From: Candidatus Bathyarchaeota archaeon
Lineage (GTDB): Archaea; Thermoproteota; CALKCG01; B24
Assembly: GCA_021161255.1 (NCBI GenBank)
Contig: JAGHAZ010000056.1
Location: 862-64,861 of the forward strand
Length of the DNA stretch: 64,000 nt
Reading direction: 5' to 3'
The position numbers and the translations under genes are program-made. Position 1 is the first letter of the stretch; each line of letters starts with the position of its first letter. A model generated the notes under the pieces. It made no database searches, was not told where the DNA came from, and saw nothing but the letters and a program-made list of their open reading frames with translations. Shown here piece after piece: positions 20,203-30,666 of the stretch.

Positions 20203-20644
20203 CCTCTCGATGCCCCTGTTAGACGCAGATGACCTTGCGGATTTCATCGCTTCGAGATATCGCTACGCCTCTAAGATAGTAGAGGTGGGCGTAGGCTTCC
20301 AGTTCGACACGGCGCTGGCCTTGAAAAGAAAGCGACCCGAGCTTAGGCTTGTAGTGGTCGACAAAAATCCCGAATCCGTAGAGGAGGCTAGACGCCTAGG
20401 CTTAGAGGCTTACGTGGACGACGTTTGGAACCCGGACATGGGGATATACCGCAGCTCCTCGCTGATATACTCGGTCAGACCTCCACCCGAGCTCTTGGAG
20501 CCTATCCACAGAATAGCCAAAGCCGTAGGATGTAGCCTCCTGATACGTCCACTTTCGGGGGAATACCTTAGCCTTCCAGATGAGGCTAAGTGGCTCCGTA
20601 TAACCCATGGTAGAGCTAGGCTCCTCCTATATCCCCAGCGTTAG
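20180..20644 (+). CDS. UPF0146 family protein
   Basis: KIVEVGVG, DDVWNPD, LIYSVRPPPEL. Confidence 0.88.
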   Translation: MTTTREADLSMPLLDADDLADFIASRYRYASKIVEVGVGFQFDTALALKRKRPELRLVVVDKNPESVEEARRLGLEAYVDDVWNPDMGIYRSSSLIYSVRPPPELLEPIHRIAKAVGCSLLIRPLSGEYLSLPDEAKWLRITHGRARLLLYPQR

Positions 20645-20717
20645 TCGATGTGTTCGAGACGGCGAAGGGTCAAATCTTTTATAGAGTTATAGGTTTTCAG
20701 TAGGTTTAGGTGTCTTT

Positions 20718-21614
20718 ATGGTTAGGATAAACTGTTGTTGGCTTTATGCTATAAGCAAGTACGGCTATCCGCCGCCTCTGGATAAGATGTTCACGGCTCT
20801 CGAAGAGATGGCTGACATGGGTTTCGAATACGTCGAGATCGAGGCCGTCGGCGAGGAAAACCTCAGAGAGATCCTCGCGAACAGGCAGAGACTCAGGGAG
20901 CACGTCGACTCGCTTAACCTCAAGGTCATAAACGTGTGCCCCATATTCACCGACCTAGTATCACCCGATAAATCGGCTAGGCGGAAAGCCCTCGAGCTCT
21001 TCAGGGAGACCTGTGAGCTGGCCACGTACTTCGACGCCGTTATGGTTCAAACGGATACGTTCTTCCCACCGCTCAAATTCGTAGGAGAAGTCCCCTACAA
21101 AGAGGCCATAAGCTTCGGTAAACCCTACAAGGTCGAGGTCGACCCGGAGTTCAGCTGGGAACGGTTCTGGAGGCTCCTCGTAGACAGTATGAGGAAATGC
21201 AACTGGATAGCCGAGGACTATGGTCTAAGGTTCTGCCTAGAGCCTAGGGTCGGTGAGACGGTCTCCAACACAGACGCGATGCTCAGGCTTGCGGAGGCTA
21301 TAGACAGCGAAAACTTCGGCGTCGTGCTGGATACGGGGCATCTCCACGCCCAGAAGGAGATACTTCCCCTGTCGGTCGAGAAGCTCGGGGAGCTCATAAT
21401 ATACGTGCATGCCTCGGACAACGACGGTAGAGACAACTACCACCTAGGCATAGGGAAGGGAACCGTGGACTGGATAGGGGTGCTTAAAGCCTTGAAGAAG
21501 CACGGCTTCGACGGCTTCATAGGGATCGACGTGGGAAACGTACCCGATATCGAACGTGAATACGTCGAAAGCAAGGCCAAGCTCGAACAGCTCATAAAAG
21601 AAGTCGGGCTTTAA
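20718..21614 (+). CDS. Sugar phosphate isomerase/epimerase (TIM barrel)
   Basis: LEP, LDTGH, HASDNDG, HLGIGKG. Confidence 0.87.
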   Translation: MVRINCCWLYAISKYGYPPPLDKMFTALEEMADMGFEYVEIEAVGEENLREILANRQRLREHVDSLNLKVINVCPIFTDLVSPDKSARRKALELFRETCELATYFDAVMVQTDTFFPPLKFVGEVPYKEAISFGKPYKVEVDPEFSWERFWRLLVDSMRKCNWIAEDYGLRFCLEPRVGETVSNTDAMLRLAEAIDSENFGVVLDTGHLHAQKEILPLSVEKLGELIIYVHASDNDGRDNYHLGIGKGTVDWIGVLKALKKHGFDGFIGIDVGNVPDIEREYVESKAKLEQLIKEVGL

Positions 21615-21713
21615 CAACGCAGCTATTTTTACTATTTTATTTTTAAGGCAAATATACAGGTTGGATGCGACCCTATGTTTTCAGGTCTCTGTGATAGACG
21701 AAAAATTAATTCT

Positions 21714-22091
21714 TTAAAACGACAGGCCCACTGGGAGTCTTTTACCGTCTTTGGAGTAGGCGGCTAGGTTTTCCAACCCTCTATAGGGGTATGCTATTAT
21801 CATCACTATCCTTCCGTATGCGTTGTTGAGGTCTTCCGCCGACGGGTTCAGGCTTCCGGATGGGTGGCTGTGTACGGTTCCGACTATCGAGAAGTCTATC
21901 GGTAGGTAGAAGAGCGGAATAGCCGAAAAACCTCTGCCCCTAGTCGCGAAGGGGGGTATGAGGAGATCCTCGACTTTTATCGAATCCCTTTCGACTTTCC
22001 CCCTTAACAGTAGAACACCCTCTCTAGGGTGTAGGGTTAAGGCATATGTTATTATGCTGTCTAAGACTTCTCTTGAGACCTCCACCCTCAA
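21714..22091 (-). CDS. JAB/MPN (JAMM) metalloprotease
   Basis: HPREG glutamate and HSHPSGSLNPSAED JAMM motif. Confidence 0.88.
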   Translation of the reverse strand: MRVEVSREVLDSIITYALTLHPREGVLLLRGKVERDSIKVEDLLIPPFATRGRGFSAIPLFYLPIDFSIVGTVHSHPSGSLNPSAEDLNNAYGRIVMIIAYPYRGLENLAAYSKDGKRLPVGLSF

Positions 22092-22095
22092 CCGT

Positions 22096-23289
22096 TTAAC
22101 CAGCCTCTTGAAGCTTTTCGATAGCTACCTTGATCCTCTCTAGCCCCGCCTTTATCAAGTCTATCGACGTCGCATATGAGAACCTCAGATACCCCTCACC
22201 ACCAGGTCCGAACGCGGAACCGTGTAGGGTTGCTACCTTAGCCTCTTTTAGAAGGTATTCCACAAGCTCCCTCTCATCCATCCCCACGCCTTTTATGTTC
22301 GGGAACGCGTAGAAGGCGCCTAGAGGCTTCTTACATTTGAACCCTCTGATCCTATTCAGCCCGTCGACTATGACATCTCTTCTACGCCTATACTCGTCGA
22401 TCATCTTCTTAACGAAGTCCTGAGGCCCCCTAAGAGCCGCCACCGTAGCCTTCTGGACGAAGGCCGGTAGACACGAGACCAAGTTGTTCTGAAGCACCAC
22501 CATACGCTCTATGAACCTTCTATCGGCCGCTATATACCCTATCCTCCAACCGGTCATCGCGTAGGTTTTCGATAAGCTGTTAAGCAGGAGAACCCTGTCC
22601 CTGACTTCGGGTATCGAAACCACAGACTCGTGCTCGAACCCGTCGTAGATTATCTTATGGTATACGTCGTCCGTGATCAACACGAGGTTATGTCTCAAAG
22701 CTATCTCCGCTAACCCTTCGACATCACTCTTGGTGAGGACCGAGCCGCATGGGTTGTGGGGGCTGTTGATCACCACAGCCTTCGTCTTATCGGTGACCTT
22801 CGCCTCCACGTCTTCAGGGATCATCCTGAAGTCGTTCTCCTCCTTAAGCCTCACGAAGACGGGTTTGGCGTTCAGAAACCTTATAACCGACTCGTAGGCT
22901 GGGAAGGCTGGGTCCGGTATTATGACCTCATCACCCTCCTCGACCACGGTCGTCAAGGCGTAGAATATGGCGGCTTTACCCCCAGGTGTGGCGATTATCT
23001 CGTCGGGGCTATATTCTACCTTAAACTCCTCCTCGAGGTATTCGGATATGGCCTCTCTAAGCTCCAGTATACCAGGCGACGGTGTGTAGTGGGTGTACCC
23101 CTCCCTCAAAGCCTTTATAGCAGCCTCCTTTATGTGCTCCGGAGTGTCGAAGTCTGGCTCTCCGATCTCGAAATGTATAACGTCGTACCCCTCCCTCTCG
23201 AGCATCTTAGCCTTCTGGAGGATCACAAACGCAAATTCACCCTTCAACCTAAACATCCTGCTAGCCATAAACTTCTCCAACAGAAACAC
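22096..23289 (-). CDS. PLP-dependent class I aminotransferase (aspartate aminotransferase-like)
   Basis: GEPDF, NSPHNPCG, SKTYAMTGWRIG, YLRFSYA. Confidence 0.92.
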   Translation of the reverse strand: MFLLEKFMASRMFRLKGEFAFVILQKAKMLEREGYDVIHFEIGEPDFDTPEHIKEAAIKALREGYTHYTPSPGILELREAISEYLEEEFKVEYSPDEIIATPGGKAAIFYALTTVVEEGDEVIIPDPAFPAYESVIRFLNAKPVFVRLKEENDFRMIPEDVEAKVTDKTKAVVINSPHNPCGSVLTKSDVEGLAEIALRHNLVLITDDVYHKIIYDGFEHESVVSIPEVRDRVLLLNSLSKTYAMTGWRIGYIAADRRFIERMVVLQNNLVSCLPAFVQKATVAALRGPQDFVKKMIDEYRRRRDVIVDGLNRIRGFKCKKPLGAFYAFPNIKGVGMDERELVEYLLKEAKVATLHGSAFGPGGEGYLRFSYATSIDLIKAGLERIKVAIEKLQEAG

Positions 23290-23412
23290 CTAAACTTCAT
23301 TTAAGGATGCTGAAGATACTTATAAAATTTAAGACCGAGATAGTTTAAAACGCTACTACCTATAGGAAAAGTTAAATTTGCCTCTGCTTTTTTCTCTGGA
23401 GGGTGTATCCTT

Positions 23413-23775
23413 ATGGCTACGGAGATGACGCTTAAGGAGTTGAAGAAGAAGGAGGAAGAGTACTCTGAACAGCTTAAGAAGCTTGAGGAGAAGAGGGCTC
23501 AACTGGAGAAGCGTATCTCGGAGCTTAAGAAGAAGCTGGACGAGCTTAGAGGTCAATATCGGAAAGCCCGGGATATGTATGAAGCCTACCGGATCGAGAA
23601 GGACATGTACGACCTATCCAGACGTATCTCCCCCTTGGAGAACGAGCTGTCTGAACTCGATAGGCGGATAAAGGGTCTTAAGACGTCGCTTGAGAAGGTT
23701 AGAAAAGACATCAAGTTTCTCGAGTTTCAGAAGAGGAGCGTCTGGGTTAGGGAGGAGGGTGGCTCCCAGACATAG
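23413..23775 (+). CDS. Small all-coiled-coil hypothetical protein
   Basis: K/E-rich heptads throughout; SD-like GGAGGG upstream. Confidence 0.7.
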   Translation: MATEMTLKELKKKEEEYSEQLKKLEEKRAQLEKRISELKKKLDELRGQYRKARDMYEAYRIEKDMYDLSRRISPLENELSELDRRIKGLKTSLEKVRKDIKFLEFQKRSVWVREEGGSQT

Positions 23776-24592
23776 ATACCGGGCTAAGAGGCTAAGGTCT
23801 CCTTACTGGAGACCGGGCTTCGACTACGTAGACTTCATCGTCTCGAAAGTCAAGAATGTGGTCGAAAACAGAGATGTATTAGTGATATCTGAAAAGGCCA
23901 TATCGGCGGCCTCTGGAAACATGATCGACGAAGCTTTTTTTAAACCAAGTCTAACCGCGGGATTTCTGGCTCGTTTTTGGATGAGAATCGTATAGGGCTA
24001 TTTTTAGCACCCCTCTGTAGGCTTAAACCTGAAACCATAGCTAAGCTTAGGAACTATCCCTTAGAGGAGGGGTCCAGGCATAAGGAGGCGGCTCTGAGAG
24101 CCTCAGGTCTTCTACAGGCTTTAAGGGCGTTTTCAGAGGGCGGTTTAGACGTGGTGAACCTTCCCTACTCTTATGCCGCTCTCCCGCTTAGGAATGCGTC
24201 TAAGATAGCCGAGCATATAAGACGCAGGATACTAGAGGCGACCGGTAAGAGGGTTGCTGTAGTCATATCTGACAGCGATAAAACGTTCTCGATAGGGCCT
24301 ATACACTTATGCTCGAGACCTAACACATGAAGGGTCTCGTGGGGCTAGGTTTACTGGCCTACATCATAGGTGCGTCGCTCAGGTTTAAAGCCAGAGCCAC
24401 TCCTGTGGCGGCGTCGGGATGGACAGGCTTCTAGATATCTGCGAGGCTGCCGATAGGTTTAGAGGTTATGGAGCGGGTAGAAACATCTGGGAGGCTGCGA
24501 GAAGGTTTGGCGTAAGCTTAACCTCCATAAGCTGGGAGCTACTCGGTGAAATACCTCACTACCCGGTCGTTCTCATACGTAGAATCGACTGA
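23759..24592 (+). pseudogene. Disrupted F420-0:gamma-glutamyl ligase-like (CofE/DUF129) gene
   Basis: Pieces in different frames: YWRPG..VISEKAIS..FWMRIV(TAG), SEGGLD..NLPY..VISDSDKT, then GYGAGRNIWE..HYPVV; in-frame TAG at 23993 plus frame breaks near 24000, 24330 and 24430. Confidence 0.75.
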
Positions 24593-24649
24593 ACCGGAGC
24601 AACATATTTTTAAATACATGTTGTCTTCTGAATTATCGGCTTGTAAACC

Positions 24650-25867
24650 ATGCCGGTCAGGATAGGGATAATCGGGAAGACGAACACCGGTAAGACTACG
24701 TTCTTCAACGCGGCGACCCTGTTGAGTGCGCGTATAGGGAAGTTTCCGTTCACAACCAAGACTCCTCAACGCGGCATCGGGTATGCTAAGACCCTATGCG
24801 TATGTAGAGAGCTCGGAGTCAAAGATAACCCTCAGAACTCCGTCTGCATAGAGGGCTGGAGGTTTATACCGGTCGAGCTCGTAGACCTGCCGGGTCTCAT
24901 AGAGGGAGCTTGGAAAGGCCGTGGTCTCGGGAACGAGTTTCTATCGGTGGCTGCGCAGGCTGATGCGCTCATCCACATGGTAGATGCCTCAGGAAGCATA
25001 GACTCCGAGGGCCGTATAGCCGAGCCCGGCACAGGAGACCCTGTTCGAGACTTCTACGACATCGAGAGGGAGATAGTTCTCTGGATGGCTAAGATAATCG
25101 AGAGTAAGAGAAAGTATATAGAGAAGACTATCGAGAGCCGTAGGGATACGCTTAAAGGAGCTCTAGCATCCGTCTTGACGGGGCTTAGGGTCAATGAGGG
25201 CCACGTCGCCCAGGCCCTGGAGATGTCAGGCATGGCTTCGAAGGCTTTTCACGACTGGTCCCGGGAAGACCTTTTAACGTTCTCGACCGTTCTCAGGAAG
25301 GTAGCTAAACCGACTATAGTCGTAGCTAATAAGATGGATATACCGTTGGCCGAGGATAACTACAAGAGGCTTGTAGACGAGCTTTCACCCATACCGGTCG
25401 TACCTGCCTCGGCCGAGGCCGAGCTAATCTTAAGGAGAGCCGAGCGGAGGGGGTTGATAAGGTACATACCCGGCGAAGAGATATTCGAAGTCAAAGACCC
25501 TTCGAAGCTTAACGAGAAGCAGAAGTGGGCTTTAGACTACATCCAGGAGAGGGTTTTAAACAAGTGGTGGAGGACAGGGGTTCAATTCGCCGTGAACGTC
25601 GTGGTGTTTAAGCTTCTCAGGATGAACGCCGTGTATCCGGTCGAAGATGAGAAGAAGCTTACAGACCACCATGGGAACGTGCTTCCCGATGTATACCTCA
25701 TGCCTCCGGATGCGACGGTTCTAGACCTCGCGGCTGAAATACATACAGAACTTGCTAAGACGATGATATATGCTATCGATGCGCGTACAGGTCTGAGATT
25801 GCCTAAAGATTATAAGCTCAGAGATAGGGATATCATAAAAATAGTGGCTGCGGCACGTAGAGGATAG
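24650..25867 (+). CDS. ychF: Obg-family ATPase/GTPase YchF (archaeal type)
   Basis: GKTNTGKTT, FPFTT, DLPGL, ANKMD, C-terminal TGS domain. Confidence 0.9.
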   Translation: MPVRIGIIGKTNTGKTTFFNAATLLSARIGKFPFTTKTPQRGIGYAKTLCVCRELGVKDNPQNSVCIEGWRFIPVELVDLPGLIEGAWKGRGLGNEFLSVAAQADALIHMVDASGSIDSEGRIAEPGTGDPVRDFYDIEREIVLWMAKIIESKRKYIEKTIESRRDTLKGALASVLTGLRVNEGHVAQALEMSGMASKAFHDWSREDLLTFSTVLRKVAKPTIVVANKMDIPLAEDNYKRLVDELSPIPVVPASAEAELILRRAERRGLIRYIPGEEIFEVKDPSKLNEKQKWALDYIQERVLNKWWRTGVQFAVNVVVFKLLRMNAVYPVEDEKKLTDHHGNVLPDVYLMPPDATVLDLAAEIHTELAKTMIYAIDARTGLRLPKDYKLRDRDIIKIVAAARRG

Positions 25868-25947
25868 CACTATCTGTGTAAAAATTTGTCTCAAACATTT
25901 CGTTTAGAAACTTCTTAATGGTTTAATTAGTTTTATTTAGGTTTAAC

Positions 25948-26724
25948 GTGTATTTTTGTGACGTGGTTTTTACAGAAAATAGAGTGAGGACCGGCATATC
26001 AGGTCTCGATGAGCTCATAGAAGGGGGTCTGCCCAGAGGGTTCTGCTATACGGTTATGGGCGGCCCCGGCTCGGGGAAAACCCTCTTCGGTGTTCAATTC
26101 CTCTACAACGGAGCTACCCTATATGGTGAAAACGGGATATACGTCACCCTCGAGGAGCCTCCGTATTCGATAGCGAACAACGCCCGTAGGTTTGGTTGGG
26201 ACCTCTATAGGCTTGAGACGGCGAGGAAGCTGGTCTTTGTAGATGCTTCTCCCATAAGGGGGTTAGGTAGAGCCGCTCCGTTGTATACGCTTAGAGCCCC
26301 TATAGGCTCCCACGAGTTCAGCATAGACGACATCATAGGTCTCATCGGCGAGGCTAAGCGAAGCATAGACGCTAAACGATGTGTCATAGACTCACTAACC
26401 GCCTTAACGGTTCAGTACGATAGCCCGTTTGAGGTCCGGTATAGCGTGCTCAGGCTTGTCAAGGCCTTGACAGAGACCGGTCTCACAACCTTGTTGCTTT
26501 CAGAGCTTAGCGAGGAGAGGGTGGATGCTCAACGGTTCGGATTCGAGGCTTTCATAGCTCAAGGCGTAATCGTACTGCACATGATCCGTATCGGCGACTC
26601 CATAAGCCGGGCTTTAGAGGTGCGTAAGATGAGGGGGGTAAAACACCTCCAGAGACTGTGCCCCATGAGGATCACGGATAAGGGCATAGAGGTGTTCCCC
26701 GAGGAGAAGATCTTCGGTCTCTAA
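25948..26724 (+). CDS. Single-domain KaiC/RAD55-like ATPase
   Basis: TGISGLDELIEGG, GGPGSGKT, LEE, VIDS, KMRG. Confidence 0.9.
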   Translation: MYFCDVVFTENRVRTGISGLDELIEGGLPRGFCYTVMGGPGSGKTLFGVQFLYNGATLYGENGIYVTLEEPPYSIANNARRFGWDLYRLETARKLVFVDASPIRGLGRAAPLYTLRAPIGSHEFSIDDIIGLIGEAKRSIDAKRCVIDSLTALTVQYDSPFEVRYSVLRLVKALTETGLTTLLLSELSEERVDAQRFGFEAFIAQGVIVLHMIRIGDSISRALEVRKMRGVKHLQRLCPMRITDKGIEVFPEEKIFGL

Positions 26725-26742
26725 CCTCTAGGAGGTGAAACG

Positions 26743-27672
26743 GTGAGACCCCAGAGTTTCGTGAAGCTTCTCGAGAGCTTCTATGTAGTTAAGCCTCTTA
26801 ATCCGTTCAAATCGCGGGTTAAATACATGACCAGTTTTAAGCTTGCTATAAACCCGTATAGAGGCTGTCCGTATAAATGTCTGTACTGCTACATATACGG
26901 CTATACTAGGCTGTCTGATATCAAGCATCCTGCTACTAGGAAACTCTTTAAAAGGAGGCTTAGACGGGATATCAAGGAATACGCTAGGCTCGGTCTTCCG
27001 AAGTACCCTGTCTATCTGTCCCCGAGCTGCGAGCCTCTACATCCCTTCCTAGAAAGTAGATATGGGAACACACTCTACGCGTTGAAGACCCTTAAAGAAG
27101 AGGGTTTCCCCGTGATCATCTCGACCAAGAATCCGTCTCAGCTTCTTAAAGAGGAGTACCTGGAGGCTTTGGATAAGGACTCGACCACTATACATATCTC
27201 GATACCTTTCCTAGACAACCGTTTCGAACCCAATACCTCGTTACCTATAGGCAGGATCTGGGCCGCATCTAAACTGGTAAAGGAGGGGTTAAACGTTTAC
27301 ATTAGGGTTGAACCTGTAATACCGTCCTACGGTGCTGTAGCAGGGCAGTCGAAGATGGAGCTTAAGACGATAGTTAAAGAGGCTAGGAAGGCGGGTGTGT
27401 ACGATATAATCTCCAAGTGTCTTCTACTCTCGATAGGGGTTAGCAAGGTTTACCCCAGCTTCTATAAGGAGCTTAAGCCTTATTATCTCAGGCATGGCTA
27501 CTGCGACGGAACATACTACATGCTAGACTACAATACAAGGATCAAGTTACTTATGCCGCTATACGAGGCTTGTAGAAGAAACAACGTCCGGCTCTGGACG
27601 CAGGTGAACGACCTACCTTTCTCCGAAGCTCCATCCTGCAACGAGTTCGAAGGTCTTATGTATCTAAGATGA
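26743..27672 (+). CDS. Radical SAM protein, spore-photoproduct-lyase-like family
   Basis: INPYRGCPYKCLYCY, STK, FEP...R, EPVIP. Confidence 0.82.
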   Translation: MRPQSFVKLLESFYVVKPLNPFKSRVKYMTSFKLAINPYRGCPYKCLYCYIYGYTRLSDIKHPATRKLFKRRLRRDIKEYARLGLPKYPVYLSPSCEPLHPFLESRYGNTLYALKTLKEEGFPVIISTKNPSQLLKEEYLEALDKDSTTIHISIPFLDNRFEPNTSLPIGRIWAASKLVKEGLNVYIRVEPVIPSYGAVAGQSKMELKTIVKEARKAGVYDIISKCLLLSIGVSKVYPSFYKELKPYYLRHGYCDGTYYMLDYNTRIKLLMPLYEACRRNNVRLWTQVNDLPFSEAPSCNEFEGLMYLR

Positions 27673-27683
27673 CGACTTCATAG

Positions 27684-28064
<381 letters not shown>

Positions 28065-28082
28065 GTCATGCCGGGAGCCCCT

Positions 28083-28325
28083 TCACTCTAGGAGCTTGGT
28101 GAGGGCTTCCACCAGCTTCTCCTTCTCCCGGTATATTTCCGCTTCTCTCGATTTTATGAGGAGGTTTATGAGGTCTACTATGGGCTTGACGAGGCTTGAA
28201 GTTATCAGGTAGTCTAGGAGTTCGTGTCTCAGAGCTTGAACCGCCCTATCCTCATCAGCCTCGTATATGCGGATCGTTCTGCCCTCAACCTCGCCGGAGA
28301 GACCTGCCGAGCGTCTTAGGCTCAG
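28083..28325 (-). pseudogene. Start-less remnant of a small hypothetical protein with HExxD motif
   Basis: Minus frame reads LSGEVEGRTIRIYEADEDRAVQALRHELLDYLITSSLVKPIVDLINLLIKSREAEIYREKEKLVEALTKLLE*, with an in-frame TGA upstream and no start codon. Confidence 0.55.
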
Positions 28326-28463
28326 ACTTCATGGTCGCGGGCGGGTTCGCCCTATACTTCAACCCAGCCAGCCGAACAGCATATCTTGAGAGACCTCTCA
28401 ATACTGGAGAATACCATTAAGTAAACGGACAGCATAATGGATATGCTTATAAGTTTACCGCAA

Positions 28464-28499
28464 GAAAGCTCCCCCATCTTTAGCGGGGGGTAGGTTACA
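28464..28499 (+). mobile_element. IS200/IS605-like terminal hairpin (no transposase)
   Basis: GAAAGCTCCCCCATCTTTAGCGGGGGGTAGGTTAC resembles the subterminal CCCC-TTTA-GGGG hairpin of IS605-family ends. Confidence 0.4.
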
Positions 28500-28546
28500 G
28501 CTAAAAAGATAAGGGAGCTTGGGTTGATTAATGATGGGGTGTAGCC

Positions 28547-28925
28547 GTGTCTGAGACGCGCGTTAAGCTTATGGAGAGGTTTTTAGAGGAGGGTAAGCGG
28601 CTGGTCGACGAGGATCCTGTTCAAGCTTCCGAGAAGCTCTATAAGGCTGCTGAGAAGGCTGTTAAGCAGCTCGCCCGCTCCCTCGGGGTGGAGGATGTGC
28701 TTAAGCTCGTCGAGGAGAGGGGGTAGGTGGACCGTGACAGACCTGGAGAAGGTTGTTAGGAGGCTCAGGAGCCTAGAGCCGGGCGTGGTAGGCTGGTGGG
28801 ATAACGCAAACTACCTACACGTGTGGGGTTTCCACGAAGCCAAGCTCGACAGCGAGTCCGTGAAGATTAGATTGCCGAGCGTGGAGAAAATCGTTAAGCT
28901 TGCCCTACTCCACACCACCACGTAA
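28547..28925 (+). pseudogene. PaREP1-family (HEPN-like) protein with a +1 frameshift
   Basis: DPVQASEKLYKAAE in one frame; RWT...WDNANYLHVWGFHE in the next; break at G5 run 28719-28723. Confidence 0.85.
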
Positions 28926-29399
28926 GACGGATGGCGAGAGGGTTGTCGATACATGCTTCATAGAGCTCAAATTCGTTCAAGGAGCCGGATGCGGGCAATC
29001 ACTGAAGCCATCCATAGAGGTTTTAACGTATACCTAGTTATGCTCGTATATCTTCCAGGTCGGAGGATTAAGATATTAGTTTATAAGGCATTTGGTTAAG
29101 CGGGGGAGGCGAAGATTTTAATGACACCCTACTCCCAACATCTCGGCTTCCAGCATCTTGGGCACCTCCCTCACCCAGTACGGCAGCTTCTCTAGAATAG
29201 TGGGCTTTTCTCGTTGACGTCTTTCTGCGGTAGGCCTAGATAGTCTACCCGGTTTGTTCAATCTCTTGTGGTGTACCCTGCCGGTGGAAGGAGACGCTCA
29301 GCTCGACGGCTGTCGACTGGGACGACGTTCGAGCGCTCTAGACCCTGGGGGGCGGAGCGCGTGCCGGCCGCCATATAGCGGCCGGGAGACTGGAGCGTA

Positions 29400-29615
29400 C
29401 GTGGTCCACACCCTCTCCCTATCAAGCTTGATAAGCTCGTCAGGTGAAAGCCCAGACCACTCGACAAACCAAGCCAACGCCTTCAAGTAGAGCTTAACCG
29501 TGCCGACAGAACCCCTCCTCCAAAGCCTCCTAAGAAACCTATCCACCGAGCCATACTCAGACCTCTTAAGAGCCCGGTCAATCTTCAGCACATCGACGTA
29601 AAACGGCCTACCCAT
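29400..29615 (-). pseudogene. N-terminal (core-binding) fragment of a tyrosine integrase
   Basis: SVDRFLRRL...SVGTVKLYLKALAWFVEWSGLSPDELIKL; no catalytic R-HxxR-Y domain follows. Confidence 0.65.
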
Positions 29616-29662
29616 ACCTGTCGAGCAATAGGGGATGGTAGAATAAAGAGTTACCCTCATTA

Positions 29663-29990
29663 GGGGGTGGGTATGCCGGCCGTAACCCTCCTTCTGTTTT
29701 AGGTGGGATTCGACTAACGCGGCATACCGGAGCCTCGGGCGGAGGCTCATAGGCTCCATTCGCCTTGACGCCCGCAGGTCGGCAGTTTCACCCTCACACC
29801 CCGGTATAGTCAGCGGTTGAGCCGCATATCATCCACATCCACCGGGGGGAGGTGTCTTTTCTGCGCCGGAGCCGAGGCTCTCGCCTCCCACGTCGCCGTG
29901 GTGCGGCTCCGCCTGCGTGGAGGAGTTTCCTCCAGACACCTGGGTCAAACCCAGATGTCCGGAAACCCACCCACCGGCTTACCCACCCCG
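29663..29990 (-). ncRNA. rnpB: RNase P RNA
   Basis: Minus strand has GAGGAAACTCCTCC (CR-I) and AACAGAAGGAGGGTTA (CR-V) forming P4; P1 is GGGGTGGGTA..GCCGG / CCGGCATACCCACCCC. Confidence 0.93.
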
Positions 29991-30011
29991 TTATCGATAG
30001 GTGTCGCTGGG

Positions 30012-30021
30012 TTATATAAAG
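30012..30021 (-). promoter_or_regulatory. TATA box of rnpB
   Basis: TTTATATAA on the minus strand about 25 nt upstream of the P1 5' end. Confidence 0.7.
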
Positions 30022-30061
30022 ATAGAGAAATTGGAAAAATAGGGTTTGGAGAAGTATGTGG

Positions 30062-30613
30062 CTACTTCTTGAGTAGCTTGATGAACTCTCTCATGAAAGC
30101 CGGTAGGTCTGGCCATGCCCTGCTTGTCACGAGGTTTCCGTCTACGACTACCTCCTGGTCGAGGTATACTCCACCCGCGGATTCGATGTCCGGCTTGAGA
30201 ACTCCATATGCCGTGAGTCTCCTACCCTTGACAAGCCCATACGCTGTTAGGACTAGGGGGCCGTGGCATATGGCGGCTACGGGTTTACCGGTATCGAAGA
30301 AATGTCTCACTATAGGCTCAAGCTCGGCATATGTCCTTATATACTCAGGCGCCCTCCCGCCTGGAATTATTAAGCCGTCGTAATCCTCAGGTTTAACCTC
30401 TTTAAAACTTAGGTCGACCCAGATAAATCTGTAGCCTGGCTTCTCGGTGTATGTTTCCACTCCGGTTTCAAAATCGTGGACGACCGTGAACAAAGGCTTC
30501 TTACTCGGAGCCGCCACGTGTACCTCAAACCCCTCCTCCTTCAGCCTCCAGTAGGGGTAAAATATCTCCTGAGCCTCGACCGCGTCACCCACCACTACTA
30601 GGACTTTAACCAA
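30062..30613 (-). CDS. DJ-1/PfpI family protein (possible glyoxalase III)
   Basis: VEAQE, PGGRAPEY, AICHGP nucleophile Cys, LVTSRAWPD. Confidence 0.9.
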   Translation of the reverse strand: MVKVLVVVGDAVEAQEIFYPYWRLKEEGFEVHVAAPSKKPLFTVVHDFETGVETYTEKPGYRFIWVDLSFKEVKPEDYDGLIIPGGRAPEYIRTYAELEPIVRHFFDTGKPVAAICHGPLVLTAYGLVKGRRLTAYGVLKPDIESAGGVYLDQEVVVDGNLVTSRAWPDLPAFMREFIKLLKK

Positions 30614-30666
30614 TAAACTTCACCTGTGAAAAATACTATACGTTTATTTGTTAAATTTTTAGCTGT

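Noticed and set aside
23993-23995. In-frame TAG in the cofE-like gene as pyrrolysine or recoding
   Set aside because: Nearby frameshifts show decay, nearly all other TAGs are true stops, and no pyl genes are in the window
25948-26724. KaiC-like ATPase as a circadian system
   Set aside because: Single-domain KaiC/RAD55 ATPases are common in archaea, and no KaiA or KaiB is nearby
29117-29200. Short minus-strand frame LEKLPYWVREV resembling the C-terminus of 59527-59769
   Set aside because: Similarity is too short to support homology
29298-30383. Track ORFs 29298-29759 (N-terminal part) and 29817-30383
   Set aside because: They overlap the RNase P RNA gene and the DJ-1 gene; only the 29400-29615 integrase-like part looks coding
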